From Convolutriloba macropyga (taxonomy: Eukaryota): a DNA stretch of 64,000 bases. Made by a program: the position numbers and the translations under genes. Positions 11,004 through 23,565 of this stretch are shown here, in pieces. Location of the stretch: the NCBI RefSeq assembly GCF_964194025.1, contig NC_134470.1:73594001-73658000 (forward strand). The letters run 5' to 3'. The notes beneath the pieces were generated by a model. That model was given only the letters and a program-made list of their open reading frames with translations, made no database searches and was not told the DNA's origin. Positions within the stretch are counted from its first letter, which is position 1, and each line of letters opens with the position of its first letter.

Positions 11004-14000
11004 GTAAGTCACCTTATGCTAAATTTTCAGAATTGCTCGAGAAGCAATGACTATGACGTCTGAAATACAAAATTGAACAAATTTTTGTTCTCGTAATAAA
11101 GAAAATTCTGCTCTGAAATGAGTTTTTGTGTTTCCCCTTTGAGAACAGGAAACTAGAAGCTGTTTGAGGCAGAAGTTAAAATTATGAGAATTATGTCAAC
11201 AGCGATTAGTAAAGGTGACTGGCTCCAAAATAATCAACTTAATTCACTGTTTAACCAAAATTTCTCAAAAACGAGAAATAAAATCTTTGACCTTTGAATC
11301 AGAGTATCAGCAAGCCATACTTTTCTTAATTTCAACTTAAATTTTTGATCAATTCAGCCAAATTCTGACGTATTCCTGATCTATGAAAAGTCTTTTAGAG
11401 ATAAGGTGGCGAAAGTGAGTTACTAAATGATTTACCATCCACGGAGAGGGGTAATTGATTAATTTTTAAAATCAATTCCGACGACCTCCTGGAATAGTTA
11501 CCGGGAAAAATATATATTTTGGAGCATATAGAGGAATATTTTACCAATCAGTCTATATTAATTCAATTAATTTTTTTGTGAGATCTGTAAACCTGTAGTG
11601 AATAGTTCTCGTTACATTAAATGATACTATGATTTCAAATGAAAGCAATATCAAACATTATTTTGAAAACAATAGCAATTGCTTAATACAAGCGTTGAGC
11701 TCCTCAATAAAGAGAAAATGAGAGTTCGTTAGAATTGCAGTATGAAAATCAACAAAAGCATATCGCTGCTTTTTTTTTTACTTATCCCACAAGTTGAATC
11801 GACATAAATTTATTAACGTTATTTTTTTTATTTCCTTCCGCGAAATAAAACTAATGATTTTTCGGCCAAAAACCAGACCTAAATGGTTTCTGGCAATTCG
11901 CCTCAAATCACAACGAAACAAAAAAACATAAAAGATTATAAAGGCGACTAATCTGTTGTCATATTTGTTTCAATATAACAAAGTTTTTTGCATCTTCCGT
12001 TGATACTATTACTGGTGACTAGTTTTAGCTCATAAGATACCTTGAATGGAAAGTCGCTATCTCAAACTTTCTTTATAATTTATTTGTCTAGTAATTCCTT
12101 TTTTATGCATTCGTTCTGTGCAATTTTTGAAAGGAATTTGATTTTGGTACCAAAGTTCCGTAAGCATAAATTGACTTTTTAAATCTTATTAGACAAGTTG
12201 AGATAGATCAGCACTGCTTAATTCAGCTTTCTGTTTTTAAAAATTGAAGTATTTATTGTGACCCTTAAAAAATTCAAATTTTTACTGCTGCAGTCAGGCA
12301 ACTTGATAACCAACAGGGAATCTCGTTAAAGTGCGTTAGCACAAGATGTTGCGAACCGCGCTCATCTACATTTTTGACTTAACTGTCTCTTGACAAAGAG
12401 ATCATCAAAAATAGATGTTTGAGTTTTAAATAATCGTTACACAACCAAACTAATAATTGAATTAAATAATACCATGCATCTTTACAATGAGATCTGCCAT
12501 TAAAAAGACTACGAGAAAAAAAACAAAAAGCCAAAAAAATTCACGGCAAAAACTCAATATCTAAATTTAAAAGAACCTAGTAACAACGTCTAGTCACAAT
12601 CAGACAAAACCCTAATTATACAAATTAGCCTTTTCCTAACTAAACACAGATGGGATTTTTCCTAAATGAAAAAAGGTAACAAGTCAACAGAAAGAAGAAA
12701 CAATGAGGCGAAATTCAAAAATCAATCAATATTTTTTAAACCAAATAATCTCAAAAGTCTTAAAATTCATTAGCTTTTAGCAAAATAGTTCTTGATAACT
12801 TTCCTAAAAAGTCATAATGAAGCCAAGAGGACCAATCATTGGTTAGACTAAGCCAAAAGAACGGACTAAAGATGCAGAAAATCTCAAAAAGTTACCGACA
12901 ACAGATTACAAACATTGCGAAAACACAAATTATTGAAGCCATTAAAAACATAAGCCATTATCAGAATTTTATGTATATTTGTTTCAATTTCTATTTATAC
13001 TAAATCAGCTGAAATTATACTGAAAAAATAAGTTCATTTGCGCCACATGTGAAAATCACGGATCTGTTATTACGCGATTGTCCTGAAGGAAGAGAAAAAA
13101 ACAGTTACAGCACTCACATAACTTTTTATGAAAACGCATACTGTCCACCAAATCAGTTACGACAAATAATTAGTTGATATGTTGATCTTTGAAATTCAAG
13201 GAATTGGATGGGACCTCTCAATGACGAGAATAAGTTACAAGTTGACGAAAAGAACAACAAAAACAGAAAAATTGAAAAGTCCTTAAAAATCATAAAAATG
13301 TATATCGTAAACTTTAAGACTATAAACTGACTGCTTCGGGTAACATCACTCATTCAATCCTAAATTACAAGCTATTGAGACCGGTCAGCATTTTACAGCC
13401 GGCTACCCACAAAACAAAAAACAGGCAAAAACAGCAAATTCAAAAAAAAATTGAGCGAGAAAAGTTCCGAAGCCTTTATAAAACAAAATTTTCTGTTAAA
13501 AACTTTTCTATTTTCATTTAATTTTTTACAACAATGGGATTCTTTTTTTAAAAGCACAGCTCCAATTAAAAAAACAAACCTGAACAAATACATGAAAAGC
13601 ACGAAATTTTTGAGAAAACCCGTAGTATCAACGCCATTAAATTCAGTAGCATTCAACGGAAGTCAATAAATACACTCAGTTATGCCTCGATGAGCAACGA
13701 AAATAGTTTTTCATGAATAGGTTGCGAATCAGACATCACAATAAGTCTTATGACTATGGAAACAACCACAAATACAGGCAAAAACCAAAAATTCAGTAGA
13801 AAAGTGTGAGGAAGTGTCGAAGCCCATTAAACTATTGTCTTTTCTCTGAAAACTTTATCCATGATTCATTGCAAGTTTCCTCTAAGCCAAAAGAATATAT
13901 CAATATCAGGATAATGTGATAAGATTTCACGAGGAACCAATAATACGAAAAAGTCCAAAAAAAATTTAAAATTTTTGAAATCGTACGGCATTGAATTCAT

Positions 14001-15942
14001 ATAGCAAATAGTTAGAAGATAAAAACGCTAAGCAGATTAATTTCGGTTGAACTGTTGAAGTAGAAAAGAGTGGGGTCCTGTCATTACTGAGGATCAGTTA
14101 CAATTCACGAAAATATGTTAATGATCGGTTAATGTTAAAAATTTTCTCGAAAAATCATTTTTAAAGTCTTAACAGCCATTAGCTCTCAGTCAACTCAAAG
14201 CTTTAGATAGGTTCACTTAATGCTCATTACAAAACTTATTGCTCTTTTATTCAACATGTCTGTGCCTTATGACTCCAAAAAATTAGTAAAACCTCAAAAA
14301 GAAAATTAAAGATTCCTTTAAAATTACGAAAACTCAGAGTCGAAGTCAAAAAAAACACGAGCGGTTCCTTGCAGAAGAATATTTTGTTCATGGGGCTTCA
14401 CTTGACTGTAAATCAGGTTCGTCATTAACGGAAACTCGATATGAAAAGTGATTAGTCTCTAGGTGATTAGTCTCTAAATTTTCCAAAAAAAAGCTCTCTA
14501 ATAGAATTCTAATTTTTTTGATAGTAAATTTTCCTATGAGACCAGAACTATTCTATTTATCGCCTGTCGTCTATTGGCAACTCAAAATTGATTCATTTTG
14601 TGGAGTGAATTGTAATTTTGAATTATTAATCTTATTAAAGAAAAGATCTTCATTGAAGAAAAATTACACTAAAAGTGAACAAAATCATGCCAAAAATCCT
14701 GTGTTCACGCTAAACTTCTATCCTCGATAACTCCTGAAAAAAAAACAAAATTATAAAAATTCGTTTTAGTTTTGAATTCTACGCTGTACGAGCTTTTTTA
14801 TGTGGGATCGGAACAACAAAACGAATGGTCTTTGCTAACCAAATTGTAATCTGTACTTGAAAAAGCTAAAACTGCAAAAGCTGTTGTCCTTTTTTCCCCT
14901 CGATTATAAGAATGATGAAAATCTTCGAAATTTTAAATTCGAAATGTATTCACCACATAGGATATTGTTGAAATTAAGATTATTTCGGGGAAAAACAAAA
15001 TAACCTGGATTTCCCGTGTGGGGAAAGCGCCGCCGAAGATATTGTCTGTCTCTTTCCGTGAATGGAGCTAATTATTCAGTGTCGGACAATAAAAACCTAT
15101 CACAATAAGAATTTGAGCGCAAAAGTACTGAAAACTTTTTGGTTATCCAACAATTTTAAGGAATAGCAAGATAGTTCAAAAAGACGACAGCGTGTTTAAA
15201 CGCAGAGACGTCACCGTTGAAAAATTTCAAATGGTTGTGTCATATATACTCGTGCTCCATTTTCTGAAAAAAATAGGCTCTGACAGAATAGAAATTCCTC
15301 CAAAATTCTTTTATTTGGACACCAAAAAGTGCACACTACTCTTTTCACGTTCAGTCTGGGAAGGTTTCTAAATGTCAAAAAGAAGATTGGACTAATTAAT
15401 ACTACCAAAAACAAGGTAGTACTGTTTGAAAAAAAAAGATTTATTGAGGAGCTTTCTATTTGCCTCAGAGCGCATTAAATTGTTCTTTTAATCCATGTTT
15501 GTTCAAGAACCATTATAATTTACAATTTTTAACTGCAGCTTTTATTATTGAAATTTGAGTAGCCACATTCGTGAATTTCCCCTAAAAATTTTGATACCAT
15601 GCTTCCTTGACAGATAAAATCTACTTTTTCAATTGCATTTAAATAGATTGTTTTCACGCCCAGTATTTCAACTGAGATGTAAATTTTTCTCTTTGATCTT
15701 TTGTCAGTTTTCTCATCCTCAAAACGTCAGCTAATATTATTTTAGTTTATTTGGATCAAAACATTAGTTTCATTACGAGCGTGCACAGAACAATTTCGGG
15801 ATTTTGCTTAATAACTTTTTTCATGGCTTGTAAAGACTTTTTTTGAGTAATTGGAATGTTCAGATTGAAAACCTAATGCTATTTTGTTTGCTTGTAATGA
15901 TATATGGTATCTGTACGAGAATCGAGAACTCAAACAAATGAA

Positions 15943-17300
15943 GTTTTTTGTGATCACTTGAAGTCACATATTGACTTGTGTGATATCCCGTTTCTTTGCA
16001 TGATAGTCAATCATTAATTAATGAGAAAAGTATAAATTTGGCGAAGGAACCAGTCTGTTTGTCAATTGATTAGAATATATAGACTCGAAATCGTACTCCA
16101 ATGAATATCAACTTTTTTTTCAGTCCGCAGATTTTCAGATTATAAATAAATTTCTGGTTTATGCCATATCATTTGTATTGTGCGATCATTTGTATATGCT
16201 AGGAAGTTAATTTTTTTTAAAAAATTTAAAAGTATTTGAGCACTTTGTTTTTTTATCACATGCATTCATAGAAAAAAGTCTTATTTCCGTAAAATGGTAT
16301 ATAAAAATATAGCTATTATATGCCAATTTACGGCAACAGGACACATTTTTTCAAAATTTTGAAGCTTTCTGTTTTATTGAAAGCATGCGTACTGGACTGC
16401 TTATCAGGTATGGTTAATTCATATCGCAAAAACAGAGACCGAATCAACCAATCGATTGCGGTTTTGGAAGGAAATGATGCGTCAATTTTCCAAAACGGCA
16501 AGTTTTTAAAAAAATGCCCAACCATTCCTAAATGTATCAATTCTTCAGTAGATCAAATTGAGTCAACTGGAAATGACACAAGGCGAAAAAGTTCCGATAC
16601 AAAAAGATGAGCAAAATTTATATTGGTAAACTTTACAGTTAAGCTGGACTTATTTGGCCTAAATTTTAGATCAGTCGAGTTCAACGATTTAATAGTACTT
16701 TTGCGTAACAACTGTTTGTTGTCATTTATTCAGACCATTTTTTTTCTGTTTTAAAGTATCTGAAAAAAATAGGAATCTTTGAATGATTACGTTTGCGCTG
16801 TTTTCTTGTTAAATTTAATGAAGCATGATTACTAAAGTATGTCAATGGGAAGATTTTCTTATCATATTCGAGTAGCAACAGGAAAAAAAAAACGTTCGGA
16901 AAAATTAATTGCGCTAAAAAGCGAGAAAAGTGCTGATTTCAAACAGCATTGCATCTGCTTTCTATTTACTATTCAGGTTTCACCAGCTATTGTGAACTTG
17001 CTTGTGATTTTTAGATGAGGGGAAGATGAATGCAGGATACTGTAAAAACGATGATGTAATCAATGAATAAAACTAATAACAACAGGAAGAGCGAAATAAT
17101 ATTATTCGAGCTCAATTTTATTCAGAAAAAAACCGCTCATAGCAATTTCAAAAGGTTTTACTGTATTACCCACTGTTTCCAGATCGAAAAATTTTCGACG
17201 AAATCTATCTTTGGAGTGAAAACGAAGTTTTAAAAATTAAACGCGTTTAATTTTTATGAAATAACATTTTGATAACAAAAAATTTATTTTACTTTAAAAT
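15943..17300 (+). repeat. Local duplication family R1, copy 1
   Basis: Begins gttttttgtgatcacttgaagtcacatattgac and is colinear with 18589-20020. Confidence 0.9.
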
Positions 17301-18539
17301 TTTTTGTCTCTTAAACAGTTGTTATTTTTGTAAGTCTGATCTGATTTTCAATACCTAGAAACCTTAACACCATAAAATTTTTCAGAAAAAAGAATATCTA
17401 ATTTCTTATTGCAGCTCTGGATATTAGTCAAACTTCTAATTTTAGTATTTTATTCCTTGTTTCATTAGATTTTAAAGTTCTGTTTCGTCTCAGCGCTTTA
17501 ACAAAAACTCCTTTTCCGTAAATTCGCATTGAAACTATGGTGTTCTTTTTTGAACAGATGTTTTGCAACTTTCTGCATTGAAAACAAAAAATCTTGAAAC
17601 ATTTCAATTTCTCTTGACATGTTGGTTTGTTTACGACAATAAAATGATTAAATTTTTAAATGAGGGACTGCTTCTATTATTTTTTTTGCTTCTATTATTT
17701 TTGTTTGATTTTTCGAATCGGTGGCGTGGAAAATGCTGATGCAGCGCTCAGATTTTAAACATTTAATTAATTAAAATTTATCTTTTTTATTAGAAAATGC
17801 CTCTGAATGACCTGATGAATGACCTGATTTTCAAAATATGATCCGTAATCTTTTGTAACTCACGTGTTAGCAAAAGGCGTTTGGATGATAGTTTTGTTAA
17901 ATGTTCAGCTGCTGATCAAAAATATACTTTTGGAAACTTTGAGATGAGATGTCATTTCTTTAAATTCTTGAAAAAAAAAATTGTCAACGCATTTTTTTAA
18001 TGGGTCGCATGCCAGCTCGTTCGTAATTAAAAGCTCGTTCGCTTTAAAAAAATATTTGCAAACTCATTTTTGTTTAAAAGATCTAAATTAATGAAGAAAT
18101 TATTACTGTGGATAAACCTGGCACAGAAAAATTCAAGAAATGTATTTTTTAAAAGATTTTATTGAAAGCAAAAATTTAACTACGCATTAGCTAAACAATT
18201 TAGAGTTCAGAAAAATCAACCAAATGAAATGGAGTTCACTCAGACAAAGAACCAATGTTTTTAACAATTTTTACACAAAATATACCTGTTCAAAAAATTT
18301 TCTATCTCAATTTTAACCTTAATTTTCGTGGTCATTTTTTTATTCTGGTTTCAATACTTATAATTACATATCTGAACTTTAAATAGATTATAAATATGGC
18401 GTATAAAAGAAACTTTTTAGTAGTTTTATTGGTCGATTGAAATAGTTTCTGATCTAATCGGTAGTTTTATGTCACTTCGTTTTTTTGATGAACACTATGA
18501 GAAATGATTCTTTTAATTGAACGATATAACCCATAGGTA

Positions 18540-20020
18540 ACATAATTCATGAATTCTTCAATGGTTTTTTCAACTTATAAAAACATTTGTTTTTTGTGAT
18601 CACTCGAAGTCACATATTGACTTGTGTGATATCCCATTTATTTGCATGATATTTAATCATTAATTGACAGTGAAAAAATTATAAATTTGGTATAAGAACC
18701 AGTCTGTTTGTCAACTGATTAGAATATATAGATTCCAAAACGTGCTCCACTAATTATCAACTGTTTTTCAGTCCGCAGATTGTAAGTTCAGATTATAAGC
18801 AACTTTCTGGTTATTGCCATATCATTTGTATATGATGTGAAGTTAATGTTTGGAAATAATTTTAAGAAGTAAATGAGCACTTTTTTTATCATATCCATTC
18901 ATTGAAAAATGTGTCTTCTTGCAGTGTAAATATTATATAGCAATATATCATTATAAACCATTTTACGGCAAGAAGACAATATTTTTCAAAATCTCGAAGC
19001 TTTCTCTTTAAATGACAGATTGCGTACTGCTTATCAAGTTTGATTAATCCACATCACGAAAGCATAGACCGAATTAAACAATCAATTGTGGATTTGGAAG
19101 GAAACAATGCGTCAAATTTTCCTAAACGCTAAGTTTTTTCTTTAAAAAAATGCCCAACCACTCCCAAATGTACAATTTATTCAGTAGATCAAAATGAGCC
19201 AACTCGAAATGACACAAGGTCAAAGAGATTCAATGCACAGTTAAGCAAAATTTATATTGCTAAACTTTACTGTTAAGCTGGACTTATTTGGCCTAATTTT
19301 TAAGATCAGTCGAGTTCAACGATTAAATAGTACTTTTGCGCAACAACTGTTTGTTCTCATTTCTTCGGTCAATTTCTCTTTCTATTTTAAAGGTTCTGAA
19401 AAATAGGAATCTTTGCATGATTACGTTTGCGCTGTTTTCTTGTTATATTTAATGAAGCATGATTACAAAAATATGTCAATGGGAAGATTTTCTTATCATA
19501 TTTGAGCAGCAACAGGAAAAAACGTTCTTTTTCAATATCTTAAAAACGACGTACCAGCTCTTAATTTTTATCTGACGTTTAAAAAAAATTGTTTTTGTAC
19601 GGAAAAATTAATTGCGCAAAAAATCGAGAAAAGTGCAGATTTCAAACAGCATTTCGTGTGCTTTCTAATTACTCTTCAGATTTCATCAGCTGGTGTGAAA
19701 TTGCTTGTGAATTATAGGTGACGGAAGAAGAAAGCCGAAATTGTAAAAATAATATGTTTAATAAATAAAACTGATAACAACTGGAATAGCGAAATTTGAT
19801 TTTAAGAGCTCAATATTATTCAGAAATAAATTTTCGTACACAGTATGTTTTCAAAAGATTATACAGTAAATCCCGCTGTGTCCAACTATAAATCTTTTTT
19901 GACGAAATCTGTCTTTGGAGTGAAAACGACGGTTTAAAAATTAAACGCCCAAACAAACACATGCGTTTATTTTTCTAAAAAAAACATTCTGATAGAAAAA
20001 AAATGTGATTTTATTTTAAA
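18540..20020 (+). repeat. R1 copy 2
   Basis: Colinear with copy 1, with an extra ~70 bp at ~19528-19598. Confidence 0.9.
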
Positions 20021-20024
20021 ATTT

Positions 20025-20418
20025 TCATAAATTCATCAAATGTTTTTTTGAGCACATAAAACTTTTGTCTTTTTGTGATCACTTGAAGTCTTTTTCAGTC
20101 CGCAGATTTTAAGTTCAGATTATAAAAAAGTTTCTGGTTAATTCTATATCATTTGTATTGTGCGATCATTGTAAATACTGAGAAGTTAATGTTTGAAACT
20201 AATTTTAAGAAAAAGAGTCTGAGTACTTTGTTTTATTTTTGTATCATATGCATTCATACTAACAAAAGTGTCTTCTTTCCCTAAAATGGTTAAAAAAATA
20301 TATATTTATTATATACCATTTTACGGCAAGAGGACTCGTTTTTTTTCAAAATTTCGAAGCTCTCGCTTTGAATGACAGCTTGCGTACTGCGTATCCGGTT
20401 TGGTTAATCCAGATCACA
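20025..20418 (+). repeat. R1 copy 3 (partial, internally deleted)
   Basis: tgtgatcacttgaagtc is joined directly to tttttcagtccgcagatt; homology ends at ccagatcac. Confidence 0.85.
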
Positions 20419-20419
20419 T

Positions 20420-20772
20420 ATATTAGTATATGTTATTTTGTGCTAAATTGATAAATATTAAAAAAAATTATTGTTCCGGCCTAAATTAGTTGGAGAGGAA
20501 CTATATATTCAAATGGGGTTTTGTACAGTCAATTTTGGCTGATCGATATAATCATCAAAGAGGACTAAGAGTGGCATTATTAGGTAGAGCGTTCAACGTC
20601 ACAAGTATAATTAAAAGTTTCAGACGTAAAAAAAGTGGCCATCGTCACCAAAAAAAGAGCAATGATGCTCATAAAAAGAACAGTCTGAAATGTGGGAAAT
20701 AATAAGAAGAAGGGCAGCGGAGAACAGGCCACTTCGGCCTAATGCTGTACCGATGCGATTACGCAGGAACAA

Positions 20773-20803
<31 letters not shown>
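20420..20803 (+). mobile_element. Possible 3' end of a non-LTR retroposon with an (ATT)n tail
   Basis: Unrelated sequence truncates R1 copy 3 and ends in about 10 ATT units (20773-20803); no TSD was found. Confidence 0.35.
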
Positions 20804-20804
<1 letters not shown>

Positions 20805-23159
20805 AATAATTTTTCTGAAGTCCGTCTTCTTCACGGAGTTACCGAGGTTTAAAGTTTTGGGAACATTTGACAGATTTTCAATGTTTTTTGTTCACATTTC
20901 TTGTATTTTGACGCAGTTTTTTGCCAGTTTTGCTGGAAAATATGCTAAACCTGTTAATGATACTGTTGTTGATTTTACCTATAATGAAGGAAGTTAATTC
21001 AGACTTCTTCATCCAAAATGGCACGAAATAAGCTCCTTCAGTCCTTTTTCCTTAAATTTGGCGGATTCAAGCAACTAAAAACTGCTCAAACAATCTTCGT
21101 TACTTCTAATCAGGTCTGATTTTATTTGCGCTTTCTTTAAGAGTGTTCTTGAATTTAAAAAATTTCCAGTTCTTGACTCAATATTTACACGATTTAACTC
21201 GATAACTATCCAAAATGCTATTAAATTCTGATATATTAAATTTTTAAACAATTTATCCGTATACATTATTCGGTTTGATTACATAATGGAAAAGTATAAA
21301 TAAACTCATGCTAATGAGAGGTTCAATTAGTGTCCTAGGGAGCTTCGAGGGAGCCTATCTGGTTTTAGTAGTCGAAAGCTTTCAAAATTATTGTTTTCAA
21401 AAAAAATTGATCATTAAGCTTTACCACTTCTTCTCTTTTTGTTCAACATGTAGCTTAAGGTCAACAAAGACAGGTCGCGTCGTCCTTTTTTTCTAATCAA
21501 TTAACACCTTATTATTTTTTGCGGTTTAACGTCAGTAAATGATTTTTGCTTTGAGACCACGACATTTTCCCATCCTTATGGTGCTGTTTCTTGTCGTCAC
21601 GTTGTTTACAGCTCAAATATCACATTGTTGGTGTCTTAAGAGAAAGCACATTTGAACATATGGTTTTTCCTTTGAATCGAATAGGGTTTTAACGGCTTCG
21701 GCGCCGTCTTTCAGCAGAATCCAATAGAATTTTTTTATTTACGTCTTTCTTTGACTTTCTTTTTGTATTTGTATAAAATGAAAACAATTGCAGTTACTTT
21801 TTTTTTAATTTTGCCAAATTTTACCTAGTCTGCTTTGTTACAGGTCACCTTTCACAATATTGACGTTGAGGAAAAGCACAATTGAATAATTGAATATATA
21901 TCTAATTTTTTTAGTTCAATGCTTGTTGTTTCAACGGCTCTGACCCGATTTTTTGCAAAGATTGATTTAATTTTTAGGTTTTGCCTGTATTTGTCGTTTG
22001 TTTCTGTAGAAGTACAACATATTTTGTATTTTGACAGGTCTCAATATGATCTAGAATGTATGATTGAAACTTAATTATTTGAAAATAATTGTTTTCAAAA
22101 ATTATATACTGACTTTTTAACTTTGCCATTTTTGTTTTCTGTCGACTTGTTTGGAGTAGGAAAATCATTAACGTCATTAAAGACTGGCTCAATGTTTTTT
22201 ATTGGAGTATAATTTAGTTTGAAGTTAGGTTTTATTCGACTTTTTTTTTGTTATTATTTTTTAAAATGGACATTTAGTTTTTGATGCAAATAATGTTTTT
22301 AGATTTTGTTGTTTGTCTTTTCCCGTAGTTTTAAAAATTGCGGGTTGGATCGGCCCTATAGTATGGCATTTTTTACCATTCTAACTGATTTCAGTTAGAA
22401 GCATTTTTTTATTACAGCAGCTAATTTTGAACAATAATTGAAATTTGAAAGTTTTCTATCTCTTCCCCAATTGGTAGACAATTCAGTCAAAAATTTGGAT
22501 GCCTGGGTTCTGAACATAATATTAGAAATCAAATTACTGAGCCTCCTTCTAAAATCTATATTCATCAAAAATTCATCAAAAAGCTTTTGCGACAAAAATG
22601 TCAACTTGTTGGATTTTGGAAAGCACTTTATCAAAACACGACAAAACTGTGCTACTGTTTTCAAATTAAACAGCTTGTTGGGTGTTTTTACTTAGTTGTC
22701 TAATGAGATCATCACTGAATTTCTTTTTGCAGATTTTACTGTTAATTGTAATTTCAGTTTTAAAATAATCTTCATCCCGCCTTGAAAGTGGTCCACTATC
22801 GACTAACATATCAATTACTGAATTTTAAATACAACAAGGAGTCTCGGTAATGTGCCTTCGCACATAATGTTCCAGTCCCACTCAACCACGTTTTTGACTT
22901 AAATGTTTACTAAATGATGAAGTGACAGAAAACTTCCAAAAAATCACTTAATGTTCCAAAATATTTCTTTTATCTATTTAAAAAAATTGCTTTAGCTATC
23001 TAACCTTTATACAATTAAAACAATTATTCAATAGAAGGTCCATGATAATTACCAGCGTAAAAAAAACGAGGCAAAAATTAGTTTCAAATAAAACAACAAG
23101 CATTACTTACTTACTCAATGTCCATCCATTTTTTTTTTGAAAAATAATGAAAAAGTCAA

Positions 23160-23565
23160 AGAGCATCAGATAAAAAGTAAACTAAACACAATGACCTGCA
23201 TTTTACAGGAAAAGATACAGAACCTGTCTTTTTTGAGATTAATCACCATATAAACAAAACACAAAAGGGGCAAAATTGGAAAATACGTTTACACTTTCAA
23301 AACAAATAGTTCAAAGTCATGATAAATAACAAGCATTAATTACGACCAAAACTCTAGAATGTATATTTGTTTTTTTCTTGAAATTAATTAAGAAAATCCA
23401 AATGAACATCAGATAGAAAGCAGGCTAAACCAAACGACTTGCGTTTCATAAGAAAAGATATGGGAGCTGTCTTAATTGAGAATAGATAACAAGCCGACAG
23501 ATAATAAAAAGGCCGAAATAGGAAAATACATTTACACCTTTTGAAAACAACTGAATTCAAGGTCA
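23160..23565 (+). repeat. Old ~245-bp-period tandem duplication
   Basis: 23160-23320 aligns with 23404-23565 (ga.catcagata.aaag...ggaaaatac.tttacac...tcaa.gtca). Confidence 0.7.

Noticed and set aside
20830-23050. Possible decayed LINE endonuclease on the minus strand (QKRG*VGL..YVR, PTR)
   Set aside because: The motifs are too short and scattered, and parts of the region match degenerate repeats at 13.4-13.9 kb. It needs BLASTx before a call.
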